A DNA stretch of 64,000 bases from a virus (Duplodnaviria; Heunggongvirae; Uroviricota; Caudoviricetes): IMG/VR virus record IMGVR_UViG_3300010942_000265. The stretch is one strand, 5' to 3'. The notes beneath the pieces are model-generated. The model was not told the DNA's origin, did no database searches, and was given only the letters and a program-made list of their open reading frames with translations. The position numbers and the translations under genes were made by a program. Below are positions 38,392 to 48,420 of this stretch, piece by piece. Each line of letters begins with the position of its first letter. The first letter of the stretch is position 1.

Positions 38392-39202
38392 ATGTAATTT
38401 TTATAAATTCCACTTTTATTTCTAATAGCATTTCTTACAGCATTTGAAAAAGCTTTTCTTTCCATTTTAAAATAAATAGATGCTTCTTTAAAAGATTTGA
38501 AAGTAAGAGCTATACTGCCATCAAGTGAAATAGCAGATAATTCTTTACTAAGAGTTTGTTTAGTGTTAATACTTTTTAAAACTATACCATTAAAGTTTTT
38601 CCAATAATAATTTCCTCCTTTGTACCCTTTAAGAATAGAGTTTCTTATTGAATTTATACCAACACCGGTCTTATTAGAAGCTTCTTCTACATTTGAAAAC
38701 TTACACATAAACATACCTTTTGAATCATACTGTAATACTACAATTGATCTAGGGTGTAAGCTTCCTTTTTTTCCAAACATTGGGTTCTTCTTTCCTAATT
38801 TAGCTTCTGAGCATTTCATTTTTGTATGACTACTCATTTTTCTACCTAAAGGAGAACCAGCAGTAGGACAAATGTTATAGGCTTTTTTTCTAAATTTTAA
38901 AGGATTTTGAGCATGTAAAAGACTATCTAAATAGAACTGCTCTCTAATAAGCAATAATTCTTTATTACATATTTCAAGAATTCTAAATGAAAAAGCAGAC
39001 ACACCATGTTTATTAAAAGCATTCTGCAAATAACTATTAATGTGTCTGTTTTCATTTAAAGCTTTAAGATGTGATGAAGATGATTTACCAAATATTCTTT
39101 TGTAAATATTTACAGCACTACCAATATAAGCCTTTCTACTTATATTGTTGTATATCATGTAAATACCTGTTACATTAAATGTATGACTAGCATTATTTTC
39201 CA
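38373..39202 (-). CDS. GIY-YIG homing endonuclease (second copy; NUMOD-type DNA-binding modules)
   Basis: GIYMIYNNISRKAYIGSAVNIYKR and the R...E core. HTKMKCSEAKLGKKNPMFGK is NUMOD3-like. Overlaps the helicase start by 19 nt. The track start at 39218 is TTG; the internal ATG at 39202 is more likely. Confidence 0.8.
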
Positions 39203-39248
39203 TGTAACAAATATACAAAAAAATTGAATACCATCTTTTGTCATTAAC

Positions 39249-39503
39249 TTAGTTTTTGTTATGATTCTTTATTCTAATATCAAGTAAATCCATTTCTTTT
39301 TGAAACTTTGCTTTTTCCCTTTTGAATTGTCTTCTGGTTTGAAAAGCAAATATAAATACAGATAATACTTGAATTGTCAACAAAATCAACACAATAATAA
39401 TTTTTGTTTCTACTTCAATCATGCTATCTGGGATGACATGATTGATAATAATAATGGGTATCATCATAAATACCCCTAATATTGACCAAATTGATTTAAA
39501 CAT
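39249..39503 (-). CDS. Small membrane protein (2 TM + charged C-terminus)
   Basis: Hydrophobic. Confidence 0.4.
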   Translation of the reverse strand: MFKSIWSILGVFMMIPIIIINHVIPDSMIEVETKIIIVLILLTIQVLSVFIFAFQTRRQFKREKAKFQKEMDLLDIRIKNHNKN

Positions 39504-39508
39504 GGTTT

Positions 39509-40255
39509 TTACTTTGTAAGTTTAAAAATTTGTTTTCTAATAAACGCACCAGTTTCATCACCATTAGCCATCAACTTGATAGTTTTCATGTGCTTATCAA
39601 CAGCATCAATTACCTTCTGATGATCATATGTATCATTGTATGCTAACATAAATGCATTTAAGAACTGAAACTTAACATTTCTTTCTACCATACCAATCTT
39701 CAAGAAGATATCATTGAATGCTTTACACATTGCTTCTGCATCAGGATTAGTAACACTAAAGGTACCATTCTTGATAGGCTGTGTACCATATCTGATTGAA
39801 GGCATTCTAGTAGCAATGCATGCAACCATTGAAATTTCAATGTCATACATGTTTTTCCACTTAAACAACTTCATGTAATCAGGACGGATCATTTTCCAAG
39901 CATTGATGTAGTTCATCAAATCCCATGATTTACTTGAATTATTGAGATAAGCCATTTTCTCAACTAAATCTTCTTCAGAAGTAACTTCTATTTCCAAATA
40001 AGGAATAGGCATTTCTTCTCTTTCTAAAGCTGTAGCAAGATGTTGACCATCAATAATGTAAGTCTTTTTGTCTCCTTCAATGATGTTTGTAGTACATGCA
40101 ATTACGCATCTCAGAACACCCATTTTACGGATACTTGTAATCATTTTCTGTACATGTTTACTGTCAATACCTCTATTCATAGGTAAAATTGCAAACTTTG
40201 AATACTCTTTTGTGTGCTTAACCTTAAGCTCTTTTCCAATCATTTCCATAATCAT
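39509..40255 (-). CDS. ParB-like nuclease (ParB/Srx N-terminal) domain protein
   Basis: YIIDGQHLATAL corresponds to the ParB GxxDGQHR box. Confidence 0.5.
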   Translation of the reverse strand: MIMEMIGKELKVKHTKEYSKFAILPMNRGIDSKHVQKMITSIRKMGVLRCVIACTTNIIEGDKKTYIIDGQHLATALEREEMPIPYLEIEVTSEEDLVEKMAYLNNSSKSWDLMNYINAWKMIRPDYMKLFKWKNMYDIEISMVACIATRMPSIRYGTQPIKNGTFSVTNPDAEAMCKAFNDIFLKIGMVERNVKFQFLNAFMLAYNDTYDHQKVIDAVDKHMKTIKLMANGDETGAFIRKQIFKLTK

Positions 40256-40277
40256 AACTTTAAATCATAACTAAATT

Positions 40278-40688
40278 TTATTTTAACCAGTTCATTGTTC
40301 TGGCTTCACTAGGGTGAGAATGAATATAATCATGGCAATTTCTACAAACTGGTATCCATGTGCTTTGTACTAAATAAAAAGCATCTCTATTAGCTCCGGC
40401 ATAAGTATGATGAACATCTGTGGCCATGTGACCACAGCCATTCACCTTTACCCGGCAGAGATTATTTTCATTTAAGTATCTTTCTCTTAATTTGCTATAC
40501 TCAGCATCTTTCTTTGCTCTTTTGGCAGAAACCCGGGGGATATCAGAATTTGTTGGTTTCTGTATATCTTCTCCGCTTTTGTGGCAACTCCAGCATGATT
40601 GGCATAGCTTTAATCCCCCGGTTCCGCTACTCTTCCAGATGACGCGTTCTTTACCGCAGCCATCACAAATTTTCTTTTTCTGTTGCAT
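40278..40688 (-). CDS. HNH endonuclease with N-terminal zinc ribbon
   Basis: CDGCG...CQSCWSCH. C..GCGHMATDVHH...N...CRNCHDYIH is an HNH motif. Confidence 0.65.
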   Translation of the reverse strand: MQQKKKICDGCGKERVIWKSSGTGGLKLCQSCWSCHKSGEDIQKPTNSDIPRVSAKRAKKDAEYSKLRERYLNENNLCRVKVNGCGHMATDVHHTYAGANRDAFYLVQSTWIPVCRNCHDYIHSHPSEARTMNWLK

Positions 40689-40848
40689 TATCCCTGTTTA
40701 ATTCCTTTATTATTTTCCTTGTTAAATACAAACTACATTTATATTTTGCTCTAATATAATCTTCCAATGCTTTTGGAATAGCATCTTTGTAATTAAGATT
40801 GCTTTTCTTTATAGCATGTACAATTATATCTTGCTTCAAGGAATTCAT
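40663..40848 (-). CDS. Hypothetical protein (61 aa)
   Basis: ORF track. Confidence 0.3.
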   Translation of the reverse strand: MNSLKQDIIVHAIKKSNLNYKDAIPKALEDYIRAKYKCSLYLTRKIIKELNRDNATEKENL

Positions 40849-41081
40849 TGAGAAGTAGTATTATATAAGTGATCATAGTAAAACTTCTTTTCTTCTGTGA
40901 GAGTTGAATCATCATAGAAGTCTTTTGGTTTAACATATGTTTCCTTATATTGAATAACAGGAACCTCAGTTACTTTCTGAGATTCTCTGCTACTTAGTAA
41001 ACCATATAATATCAAAAACACTTGAAAAGAAAGAACTGCTGTAAAAAATGAAATTCTTTGTTTCTTCATAACCTCACTCAT
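40845..41081 (-). CDS. Small membrane protein
   Basis: TM segment. Confidence 0.35.
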   Translation of the reverse strand: MSEVMKKQRISFFTAVLSFQVFLILYGLLSSRESQKVTEVPVIQYKETYVKPKDFYDDSTLTEEKKFYYDHLYNTTSQ

Positions 41082-41569
41082 TACTGTTGATTTTTAAGTC
41101 TTGGTAATTGATTTGGACTGTGCTGTAAACTTAAAAAGTTTTTAGGTAATACACCTTCAGCAATAAAGATACTAATAATTTGATCCTTACTGATGTTTAA
41201 ATCTTTAAAAGTTAAAGTGTTCTTGAACTTTTCATCTATCTCATTATCAGCTAATAAAAACTGTGTGATAGGACTTTTAGGGAAGAATGTTTCAAAGATA
41301 TGATTGCTATAAGCAATAGTTAATCTTTGTTTAAACGTATTAAGTACAATCTGTGCTCTTTTATAAACACTGATTATTCTTTGTTTTTTCTTGCTACAAA
41401 TATTTGCCAATTCTTCTTGGCTTAATGCATCAAGACCGTACAATGCTCTCTTGTACAAATAATTCTGATAAGATGAATATCTATCAGTTTCATACTGCAT
41501 GTAGGTTTGACCTGCATTTAATTGATAATTTCTTATCTCCTGTTTTAACTTTTCCACGACAATATACAA
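41081..41569 (-). CDS. Hypothetical protein (162 aa)
   Basis: ORF track. Confidence 0.4.
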   Translation of the reverse strand: MYIVVEKLKQEIRNYQLNAGQTYMQYETDRYSSYQNYLYKRALYGLDALSQEELANICSKKKQRIISVYKRAQIVLNTFKQRLTIAYSNHIFETFFPKSPITQFLLADNEIDEKFKNTLTFKDLNISKDQIISIFIAEGVLPKNFLSLQHSPNQLPRLKNQQ

Positions 41570-41589
41570 TAAGATTAAACAATAAAAAA

Positions 41590-41612
41590 TAGGGGATAGT
41601 TGCCCACCCCCT
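41590..41612 (-). terminator. Intrinsic terminator (minus strand)
   Basis: Minus-sense AGGGGGTGGGCAACTATCCCCT followed by a T-run. Confidence 0.4.
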
Positions 41613-41637
41613 ATACTATTTAAGATTTTACAATAGG

Positions 41638-42117
41638 TTATCCACCAATTGAAAAGTCTGCATTTGGTTGTAGAGCTTGTGCAGCTTTTTCTTCTGCATA
41701 AGCTACGCGCAATTCATCAACATTATCATGTTGTTGATATGTGTCAGCAGCATTCTCATTGAAAGAGAATCTTGTTCTACGGTAAATTGGTTGCCCTTCA
41801 ATACGGCAAACAATTCCTGTTTTACCAGCAATTTTCAAATCACGCTCAGGATTTTTCTTGTTGAAAGGAGTTAATGCCTCCTCAATAACAATTTTACCTG
41901 GGATAACTTGACCTTCATGGAAGTCTGCAGCTTTCAAATCTTCAACAAGACCTGGCATCAATGCTGTGATTGTTCTTGCTCTTAAGAAACCTGTTTTCTC
42001 ATCAGCAAGGATTCTTACTTGTTTCACGCGTACATAACCCCACTCTGGATTATTCTCAGAAACGTTAACTACTGCCTTAGTAGTTTCATCAGCTAATACA
42101 ATAACTTTGTTATTCAT
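41638..42117 (-). CDS. Hypothetical protein (start set at internal MNNKVIVL)
   Basis: ORF track 41638..42189. Confidence 0.4.
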   Translation of the reverse strand: MNNKVIVLADETTKAVVNVSENNPEWGYVRVKQVRILADEKTGFLRARTITALMPGLVEDLKAADFHEGQVIPGKIVIEEALTPFNKKNPERDLKIAGKTGIVCRIEGQPIYRRTRFSFNENAADTYQQHDNVDELRVAYAEEKAAQALQPNADFSIGG

Positions 42118-42239
42118 AATAAATGAATTAAAATGTAAATAAATAAATGAATTGATTTGTTTTGAGTAGATGTTTTGTTCTATCAGCAAGTACTCAACTT
42201 GTCTGATAAGTAAGGTAATGACTTATTGCAATTCTGTCA

Positions 42240-42527
42240 TTACATATCCATTGGGCCCGTAAGGTCTATAATATCATCAAATGGTTGATCATCAGATATT
42301 ATATCATTATGACTGTTATCTTCTTCATCATTGGAGAGATAGTCAAAGTCATAGTATTTTTCTTTTGTATTTTCTACTACTGCAGAATCTGTGAAAGGAT
42401 TTGAGGCATGTTCACCATGATTTATTGACATCATATATTGGATGTCTTCATCAGTGAGCTCAAGATATTGCTCTATTGTTATGTAAATGACTTTCCCGTT
42501 GGGTAGCTGATATAACATTCTAAACAC
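42240..42527 (-). CDS. Hypothetical acidic protein (95 aa)
   Basis: ORF track. Confidence 0.35.
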   Translation of the reverse strand: MFRMLYQLPNGKVIYITIEQYLELTDEDIQYMMSINHGEHASNPFTDSAVVENTKEKYYDFDYLSNDEEDNSHNDIISDDQPFDDIIDLTGPMDM

Positions 42528-42700
42528 ATAAAGTTTAGTAAATGTATGATATTAAACAGTACATTTTTAACTCTCTTGTTTAAAATATGACATTATATAG
42601 CTAACATGATAAAGGGAATGCCTGAGCACTCCCTTTTCATTTGTCAGGAAAAGCATATTCAACAGAATACACATCTTTAAAATCCTCTTAATCATGTTTA

Positions 42701-42928
42701 TCAGGCTGTTAACCCTCTTAAATCTATGATTTTGTCTATAAGTTCTTGGTTGTAATGATTAAACCATTTCTTATTAGTTTCTCTAGAACCAATAATTGGT
42801 AATTCATCAGAACATGTAAAACAAGTTCTTTTTATTCCCGTAGGAACAAGATTACCATCAGCATCTTTAAGTTCCATACTTAGATTGAATCCAAGTACTG
42901 AACTAATTACAGTTATACTATTCCCCAT
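42701..42928 (-). CDS. Hypothetical protein (75 aa)
   Basis: ORF track. Confidence 0.35.
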   Translation of the reverse strand: MGNSITVISSVLGFNLSMELKDADGNLVPTGIKRTCFTCSDELPIIGSRETNKKWFNHYNQELIDKIIDLRGLTA

Positions 42929-43244
42929 TTCTAAATAAATTACCTAACATTTGATTTAAATGATGTTCTTTTGATTTCATTTGTCTGATTTTTTGATAAA
43001 TTTCAGTACACATGATAACTTCATTAATGTGCGTACATTCTGCTAAAATGTCCTGATATGAATCAGTAATACATTGATGAGCTCCAAAAGCTTTAAGACA
43101 AATATTTGCAAGCTCTTCAGCTCTTTTATTGGTAATACCTAATCTTTCATGCATTGAATCAGTATCATCTGAAATAATACATAATTTAAACTCATTATTC
43201 TTTGAATAAGTTTTTTTCTTTTTGAATCTTCCTAACAAATTCAT
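42918..43244 (-). CDS. Hypothetical protein (108 aa)
   Basis: ORF track. Confidence 0.35.
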   Translation of the reverse strand: MNLLGRFKKKKTYSKNNEFKLCIISDDTDSMHERLGITNKRAEELANICLKAFGAHQCITDSYQDILAECTHINEVIMCTEIYQKIRQMKSKEHHLNQMLGNLFRNGE

Positions 43245-43276
43245 GACTTTTTTAATTTAAGTTAAACATACTTTAG

Positions 43277-43350
43277 TGATCTCAACAGGATTCAAACCTG
43301 TGACCTACTGCTTAGAAGGCAGTTGCTCTATTCAGCTGAGCTATGAGACC
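43277..43350 (-). tRNA. tRNA-Arg (anticodon UCU, decodes AGA)
   Basis: Minus sense GGTCTCA-TA-GCTC-AGCTGAATA-GAGC-A-ACTGC-CTTCTAA-GCAGT-AGGTC-ACAGG-TTTGAAT-CCTGT-TGAGATC-A. Canonical cloverleaf; no encoded CCA. Confidence 0.8.
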
Positions 43351-43747
43351 ATGGTACCACACTTTCATCGCTGTGTGGTAAGCCTTACCTATGGGTTGAA
43401 ATTTAAGAAAACAACATGCTTCTCAGATTGAGAAACTTTTGTAAATTGGTTAGCACCCTCTTGTCTTATTATTCACCGTGTTATTGCACATTTTACTATA
43501 CTTTATATCAGGTATAGAAGCTGTGTCCAGCCCCATAATAAGAGTAGGGTCAAGCTGAGAGATCATTTGTGTTGTAGAAAATATTTAATATTCATTTCTC
43601 TTACCACATTCCTTTCTCAAGGGAACAACACATCTAACATTACTGCTAGTATCATATTTTTTATAGAGCTTTCAATGTTTAGTTGCTCTTTGTTAGACTA
43701 TTACACTTTTTATCTATCAGTTGCGGTCAAGAGTGTACGCAGCAAGA

Positions 43748-43984
43748 TTAGTCCATTACTACTGCCATTCTAAACAGCATTTCAGGTAGTAAAACCTCTG
43801 ATTTAATGATTGGTGATTTGCCAAAGTCTGGATGTACTACTTTTCTGTTAGTTTCACCTTCAGCATATTCTAACCAGTAATCAGATGGCATACCTGATGC
43901 TGGATAAGTTTCTTTTCCAACAAATTTAATCTTTGCAGACGTCCCATCTGCAAAGTTTAAGGTTCCTGTGCTTCCTGCTTCCAT
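43748..43984 (-). CDS. Hypothetical protein (78 aa)
   Basis: ORF track. Confidence 0.35.
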   Translation of the reverse strand: MEAGSTGTLNFADGTSAKIKFVGKETYPASGMPSDYWLEYAEGETNRKVVHPDFGKSPIIKSEVLLPEMLFRMAVVMD

Positions 43985-44637
43985 TAGTTATATTTTAATA
44001 AATTCAACAATTTTTTTCTTTGTCCTTCAAACATAAGAGATAGAGATAAATTTCCAGATCTAAGTTTTATGTCATTTATAATTGACACATTACAGTAAAC
44101 TTTAGCATTTACTCCTTTTCCATTAAAAGCAATAGATGCGGCCTCTTTGATTTTCTTCTTGTACTTTCTTGGAAGCCTGTGTTTATGGAGATCTCCATAA
44201 AATTTTCTATAGCTTGTAGGATCAGGATCTATTGGTCTGTACCGATAATGTTTCTTACAATACCATTTACCGCGGTAATCTGTACCATATGCAGCAGGTT
44301 TTTTGCATTTACAACATTTGGTCAAAGGTTCAAATACTGTAGAAGAATAAGAACAATGTTTACAATAAGCATAACCATCAGTTCTATCTCTACGATCCAT
44401 CTCATGCTCACAGATAAGAACTTTCTGATATCTCTGCCAACAATCTTCTTCTGCTTCTTCAATAGTTTCACCTTCACCGCGTAGAAAACACTTTGGTTCA
44501 TTTGGAAAGGCTTCAAAGAAGGCAGTTGTATAACCACCTTCTTTTGAAAATACTACTCCAGAATCACCAGATTGCACAAAGCATGGCCACTCATACTTAC
44601 AAGTATAAGGATTGCCTGATGAGTTTCTGGCTTCCAT
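43984..44637 (-). CDS. Cys-rich hypothetical protein (multiple CxxC / C..H clusters)
   Basis: ORF track; more than 15 Cys. Confidence 0.4.
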   Translation of the reverse strand: MEARNSSGNPYTCKYEWPCFVQSGDSGVVFSKEGGYTTAFFEAFPNEPKCFLRGEGETIEEAEEDCWQRYQKVLICEHEMDRRDRTDGYAYCKHCSYSSTVFEPLTKCCKCKKPAAYGTDYRGKWYCKKHYRYRPIDPDPTSYRKFYGDLHKHRLPRKYKKKIKEAASIAFNGKGVNAKVYCNVSIINDIKLRSGNLSLSLMFEGQRKKLLNLLKYN

Positions 44638-45284
44638 TATAAATCAATTGCAAATCCTTCTTTAAGTTTCTTTCTGAAATCTGGTGAAGAGGTCTTAAGA
44701 ATCTCTTTAGTAAATTGATTCTTGATCTTCTTAGCAATATCCTTCTCATTAATACCTTTTACAGGAATTAATTTGAGAAACTCCTCAGATTTTTCTTGAG
44801 TTTCTTTGATCAAAGAAATAAGTTTCTTAGAATGCTTGAATGTAAAAGGAATTGGTTCGCTCATTCCTTCCATTACAATACCTGAAACAATACCTTCATA
44901 TTTAATTATGAAGTCTCCTTTACAAGTTTCTGCAATAGCTTTAGAATTAATAGAATAACTGATATTACCTCTACCATCTGTATACTCACTTAATGTGTAT
45001 AAATTAACAGTTGAACCAGAATTGTAATTAGTACGTTTACCAATAACAGTTAATCCTTTAGGGACAGCTTGTTTTGCTACTAATGCTTCAATAAAATCAT
45101 CATACTCTTTTCTTGTTGCTTCTGCAAGTTTTAAAGAAGTTTCTCTCAAGCTTTCGTAAATATCTCTAATACTACTCACTTGTTCATCAACAAGCATGTC
45201 AATGACATCTGCTTGAGTTAATTTAATGTCTATGCCTTCATTGGCAATAGCTTCTTTTGTTAATTGTAATTCTGCCTTTTTCAT
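44637..45284 (-). CDS. Hypothetical protein (215 aa)
   Basis: ORF track. Confidence 0.4.
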   Translation of the reverse strand: MKKAELQLTKEAIANEGIDIKLTQADVIDMLVDEQVSSIRDIYESLRETSLKLAEATRKEYDDFIEALVAKQAVPKGLTVIGKRTNYNSGSTVNLYTLSEYTDGRGNISYSINSKAIAETCKGDFIIKYEGIVSGIVMEGMSEPIPFTFKHSKKLISLIKETQEKSEEFLKLIPVKGINEKDIAKKIKNQFTKEILKTSSPDFRKKLKEGFAIDL

Positions 45285-45304
45285 AATCAGATCTTTATGA
45301 TTTT

Positions 45305-45610
45305 TTACTCAGTTTTAGACTTTGGTCCATATTTCTTGTGCATTACTCTTCTGAAGAAAGTAATATGATACATTACATCAGAGTAAATAATACCCTCTGT
45401 GGTTTCAGCAATGCTTTCAAATCCGTCATCAGCAGCAACAGTGAATCTGTCTACTTCTGCTAACATAGCATCTTGTGTTTTGTAAGCTTCTTCTAATTCA
45501 GCTTCCAATTCTTTGATCAAATTAGATTTTGCTTCTAATGCAGCTAAGGTTAATGCATAACCTTTTTCTAATTCTTCAACATTTACTTTCTTTTTTGTTT
45601 TACCAGCCAT
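45305..45610 (-). CDS. Coiled-coil hypothetical protein
   Basis: ORF track. Confidence 0.35.
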   Translation of the reverse strand: MAGKTKKKVNVEELEKGYALTLAALEAKSNLIKELEAELEEAYKTQDAMLAEVDRFTVAADDGFESIAETTEGIIYSDVMYHITFFRRVMHKKYGPKSKTE

Positions 45611-45875
45611 AAATAAGGGTATACATAATTAAACATGATGCTACAACTGCAAAGACAGCTAATGTTACTTTGAACTTTTTCATATTTTGTTCAAAATTTA
45701 TTAGTTCTTCAAGTTGTGCAATTTTGAATTCTAATTCAGATCTTCTCTGCAAATACATTTTTGGTGAAGGTTCATTAAAATGTAAATCATAGAGTTCATC
45801 TTCTAAGAATGTTTTCTTTTCTTTAAGGTTTTTGATTGTCATAACTAAACAACTGTTAAATAAAAAGAGAGCCAA
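45600..45875 (-). CDS. Hypothetical protein with C-terminal TM anchor
   Basis: ORF track. Confidence 0.35.
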   Translation of the reverse strand: MALFLFNSCLVMTIKNLKEKKTFLEDELYDLHFNEPSPKMYLQRRSELEFKIAQLEELINFEQNMKKFKVTLAVFAVVASCLIMYTLIYGW

Positions 45876-45919
45876 ATTTACACTTGACTCTCTATCCGTA
45901 AAGTAAATTAACCAATCAA

Positions 45920-46066
45920 CTACTTACACGCAGTATCATTTGATTCTGAGCTTACCTGACCGTATGCATCACACTTAATGTGATGACTTGGCGCGCAAGA
46001 AGTTACTAGTACTGCAACAATTACTGCAACACTAAAATAGGCAATTACCAACCAATTTGTTTTCAT
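45920..46066 (-). CDS. Small putative lipoprotein (48 aa; not in track)
   Basis: Minus-strand translation MKTNWLVIAYFSVAVIVAVLVTSCAPSHH...; lipobox VTSC. Confidence 0.3.
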   Translation of the reverse strand: MKTNWLVIAYFSVAVIVAVLVTSCAPSHHIKCDAYGQVSSESNDTACK

Positions 46067-46173
46067 AGATTAAACTTAATCATATTTTGTAATCAGAACT
46101 AGTTTCACCATAACTAGAAAGGTGTTTAAATGGGTAGCTTCTGTTCCTAGGCGCTACCCAAATACCTGCAATA

Positions 46174-47925
46174 TTATGACAACAATGATATCATTGTAGC
46201 AATGTCACCATCACTTAAATCAATATCATAGTCAGTGTCAGTAATCTCAAATCCTGCTTCAGTCAGTACATCATCCCAATAAAGGAATGTATCCTTAGTG
46301 TCTACAAAATACTGTACAGTATCTTGAGTCTTTTGGTTAAATGAACTAACTCTTGAAGAACCACTGTTGAAATCACAGAAATAGATTTTACCATCCATGT
46401 AAAAACCTACAGAGCTTTCACCGGTAATATGCATTTCTGCTTTAAACTTGATGATATCTTCAGATGGAGTATTTCTACTCACAGTGAAATCATCATCAGT
46501 CTGACCAACAAAGAAGCTAAACATGCTATTATCACGTGCATTAAATGCATTAACAGTAATAATACCATTAGCAAGACCTTCTTTACAGAACATGTACTCA
46601 CAAGCTTCAGGATTAGCATTTGTCACATCACCTGAATAAACAATACTTAGGCTATGTGAATAGTAACGACTATCCCAACCAATTCTTTGCCCATCCATAC
46701 CCATGTAAGCTAAATCCAAATCCTGTGCACCTTCTTCTCCTCGCCACACAATCCCAAAAACTGAGTTCTCCTTAGAAGGCATTATATAGCTACCATACGG
46801 AATATTGCCTACAAAAGTCTTCTGTGAAGAAGGTATTGCAAGACGGATATTCTCAGGTAACTTAACCTTACAGGCTTTCCCTTTAAGAGAGTTAACAAGA
46901 GATTCAAACAACATAGCTTGTAACATACCATAGTGACCTGCATTTTGTTGAGCAGCTGGTGCAATATGAGTCTTACCATTTCTGATAACAATCAATCTGT
47001 TTTTCATTTCTGACTGTCTTTCTGCAATAGCTTTGATAAGTCTAACTTTCTTGAAGTTAGATAAATCAGCAAGCTTAGAAAGAAACAAGTGAACAGAAAC
47101 AGGCTTAGCTAACAAAGTCTCCCAAAATCCTGCAACAAATGGTTTGTGATGTTTATCAGCAAGTCTTCTCAACTTGTTGATAATCTTTTTATTAGCATCA
47201 CATTTCATTGCAAGAAACAATGGTTTGTATCTAAAGAACACAGATGCTAACTTCTCAGCACCAAATGAAGTTACTAGAGCTTCAATAGGTGTTGGATTAG
47301 CAATGATTGTGTTTAAAGACATGCTATTCTTGATCACAAGAGTCTTTCCTGTATGTAAGAACACTAAATATCTCACCATTTCATCAGCAGATGTAGGTAA
47401 GATGTTCAATGCTTTATACAAGTGCATCTTTGACTCAATATTCTTAACAGAATTGATGTCAACTTTGATGCTAAACTCATTGATAAGAGCAAAGATATCT
47501 TCAATAGTGTCACCTTTTAGGGCAATACCTGAATACAATAGGTCACATACCTTTTCAGATATCTCTTCTACTGTAATTGGAGCAATAACTTTGCAATCAG
47601 TGAAATCAATAGTTGTTGGATTTTCAACACCAAATTCCGGATTAGGAATATATGGTGTGCCAGTATAACCTGTTCCATATGTACTAGCATAGTGAAGAAT
47701 TTGATCTATAAATAGTTCAATTCTACTTTTACTAATAACATCAGCAACAGACTTGTAGAATGTAGTATTGTAGTTAGTAGGAATAGAGTTAAGAAAATCT
47801 ACAACTCTTTCATTACAACAATCAGGGTGTACTACATACCCTTTAGAAGATGCCAATTCATTTACTGTAACTGGACTTAGACTCTTAGTGTTCAGTGCTT
47901 TGCCGAACAATTTAATTTCTTTCAT
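46174..47925 (-). CDS. Large hypothetical protein (583 aa), no recognisable motif
   Basis: ORF track; long intact ORF. Confidence 0.5.
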   Translation of the reverse strand: MKEIKLFGKALNTKSLSPVTVNELASSKGYVVHPDCCNERVVDFLNSIPTNYNTTFYKSVADVISKSRIELFIDQILHYASTYGTGYTGTPYIPNPEFGVENPTTIDFTDCKVIAPITVEEISEKVCDLLYSGIALKGDTIEDIFALINEFSIKVDINSVKNIESKMHLYKALNILPTSADEMVRYLVFLHTGKTLVIKNSMSLNTIIANPTPIEALVTSFGAEKLASVFFRYKPLFLAMKCDANKKIINKLRRLADKHHKPFVAGFWETLLAKPVSVHLFLSKLADLSNFKKVRLIKAIAERQSEMKNRLIVIRNGKTHIAPAAQQNAGHYGMLQAMLFESLVNSLKGKACKVKLPENIRLAIPSSQKTFVGNIPYGSYIMPSKENSVFGIVWRGEEGAQDLDLAYMGMDGQRIGWDSRYYSHSLSIVYSGDVTNANPEACEYMFCKEGLANGIITVNAFNARDNSMFSFFVGQTDDDFTVSRNTPSEDIIKFKAEMHITGESSVGFYMDGKIYFCDFNSGSSRVSSFNQKTQDTVQYFVDTKDTFLYWDDVLTEAGFEITDTDYDIDLSDGDIATMISLLS

Positions 47926-47983
47926 CTTTGAATAGATTTTCTGAATAAATAATAATTTGCTTTTCCTTTTTTATGCGGCTTCC

Positions 47984-48187
47984 CTAACTGAATAAAATTC
48001 CTATTGCCAATACTACAGTAATAGTTCTCATTGCAATATTTGAAGGTATTTTCTCAACCTCTTCTTTTAAGTCACCAGTCATGAAGAATGTTCTCATTAC
48101 TATGTATGCTAGAATAGATTCTTTTACAAGAAAATAGACTACAAAACATAACCAAAGGATTTTGATAATAAATATTAATTCTACCAT
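47984..48187 (-). CDS. Small membrane protein (2 TM)
   Basis: Hydrophobic. Confidence 0.35.
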   Translation of the reverse strand: MVELIFIIKILWLCFVVYFLVKESILAYIVMRTFFMTGDLKEEVEKIPSNIAMRTITVVLAIGILFS

Positions 48188-48207
48188 TGTTTTTGATTTA
48201 AGTTTTA

Positions 48208-48420
48208 CTAATTATTACGTGTTGCTTTGTATTCTTCAATTTCTTGAAGTAGCTTCTTCACACTTTCAGTACGTCCAAAACCCCAAACAAGTCTGACTTC
48301 TGATTCCTTCTTCTTTAAGAATTTCTCAAATGGTCCTACTCTCTTGAATTTAAAGTACTCTGCTACTCCACATAATCTAACGGTGAATCTCTGATTGTTT
48401 ATTCTGTCTGATGTATACAT
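48208..48420 (-). CDS. Hypothetical protein (70 aa)
   Basis: ORF track. Confidence 0.35.
   Translation of the reverse strand: MYTSDRINNQRFTVRLCGVAEYFKFKRVGPFEKFLKKKESEVRLVWGFGRTESVKKLLQEIEEYKATRNN

Noticed and set aside
43567-43773. Plus ORF in the tRNA-Arg-adjacent noncoding region
   Set aside because: Isolated plus-strand ORF in a minus block. Low-complexity translation, no start context; probably noncoding.
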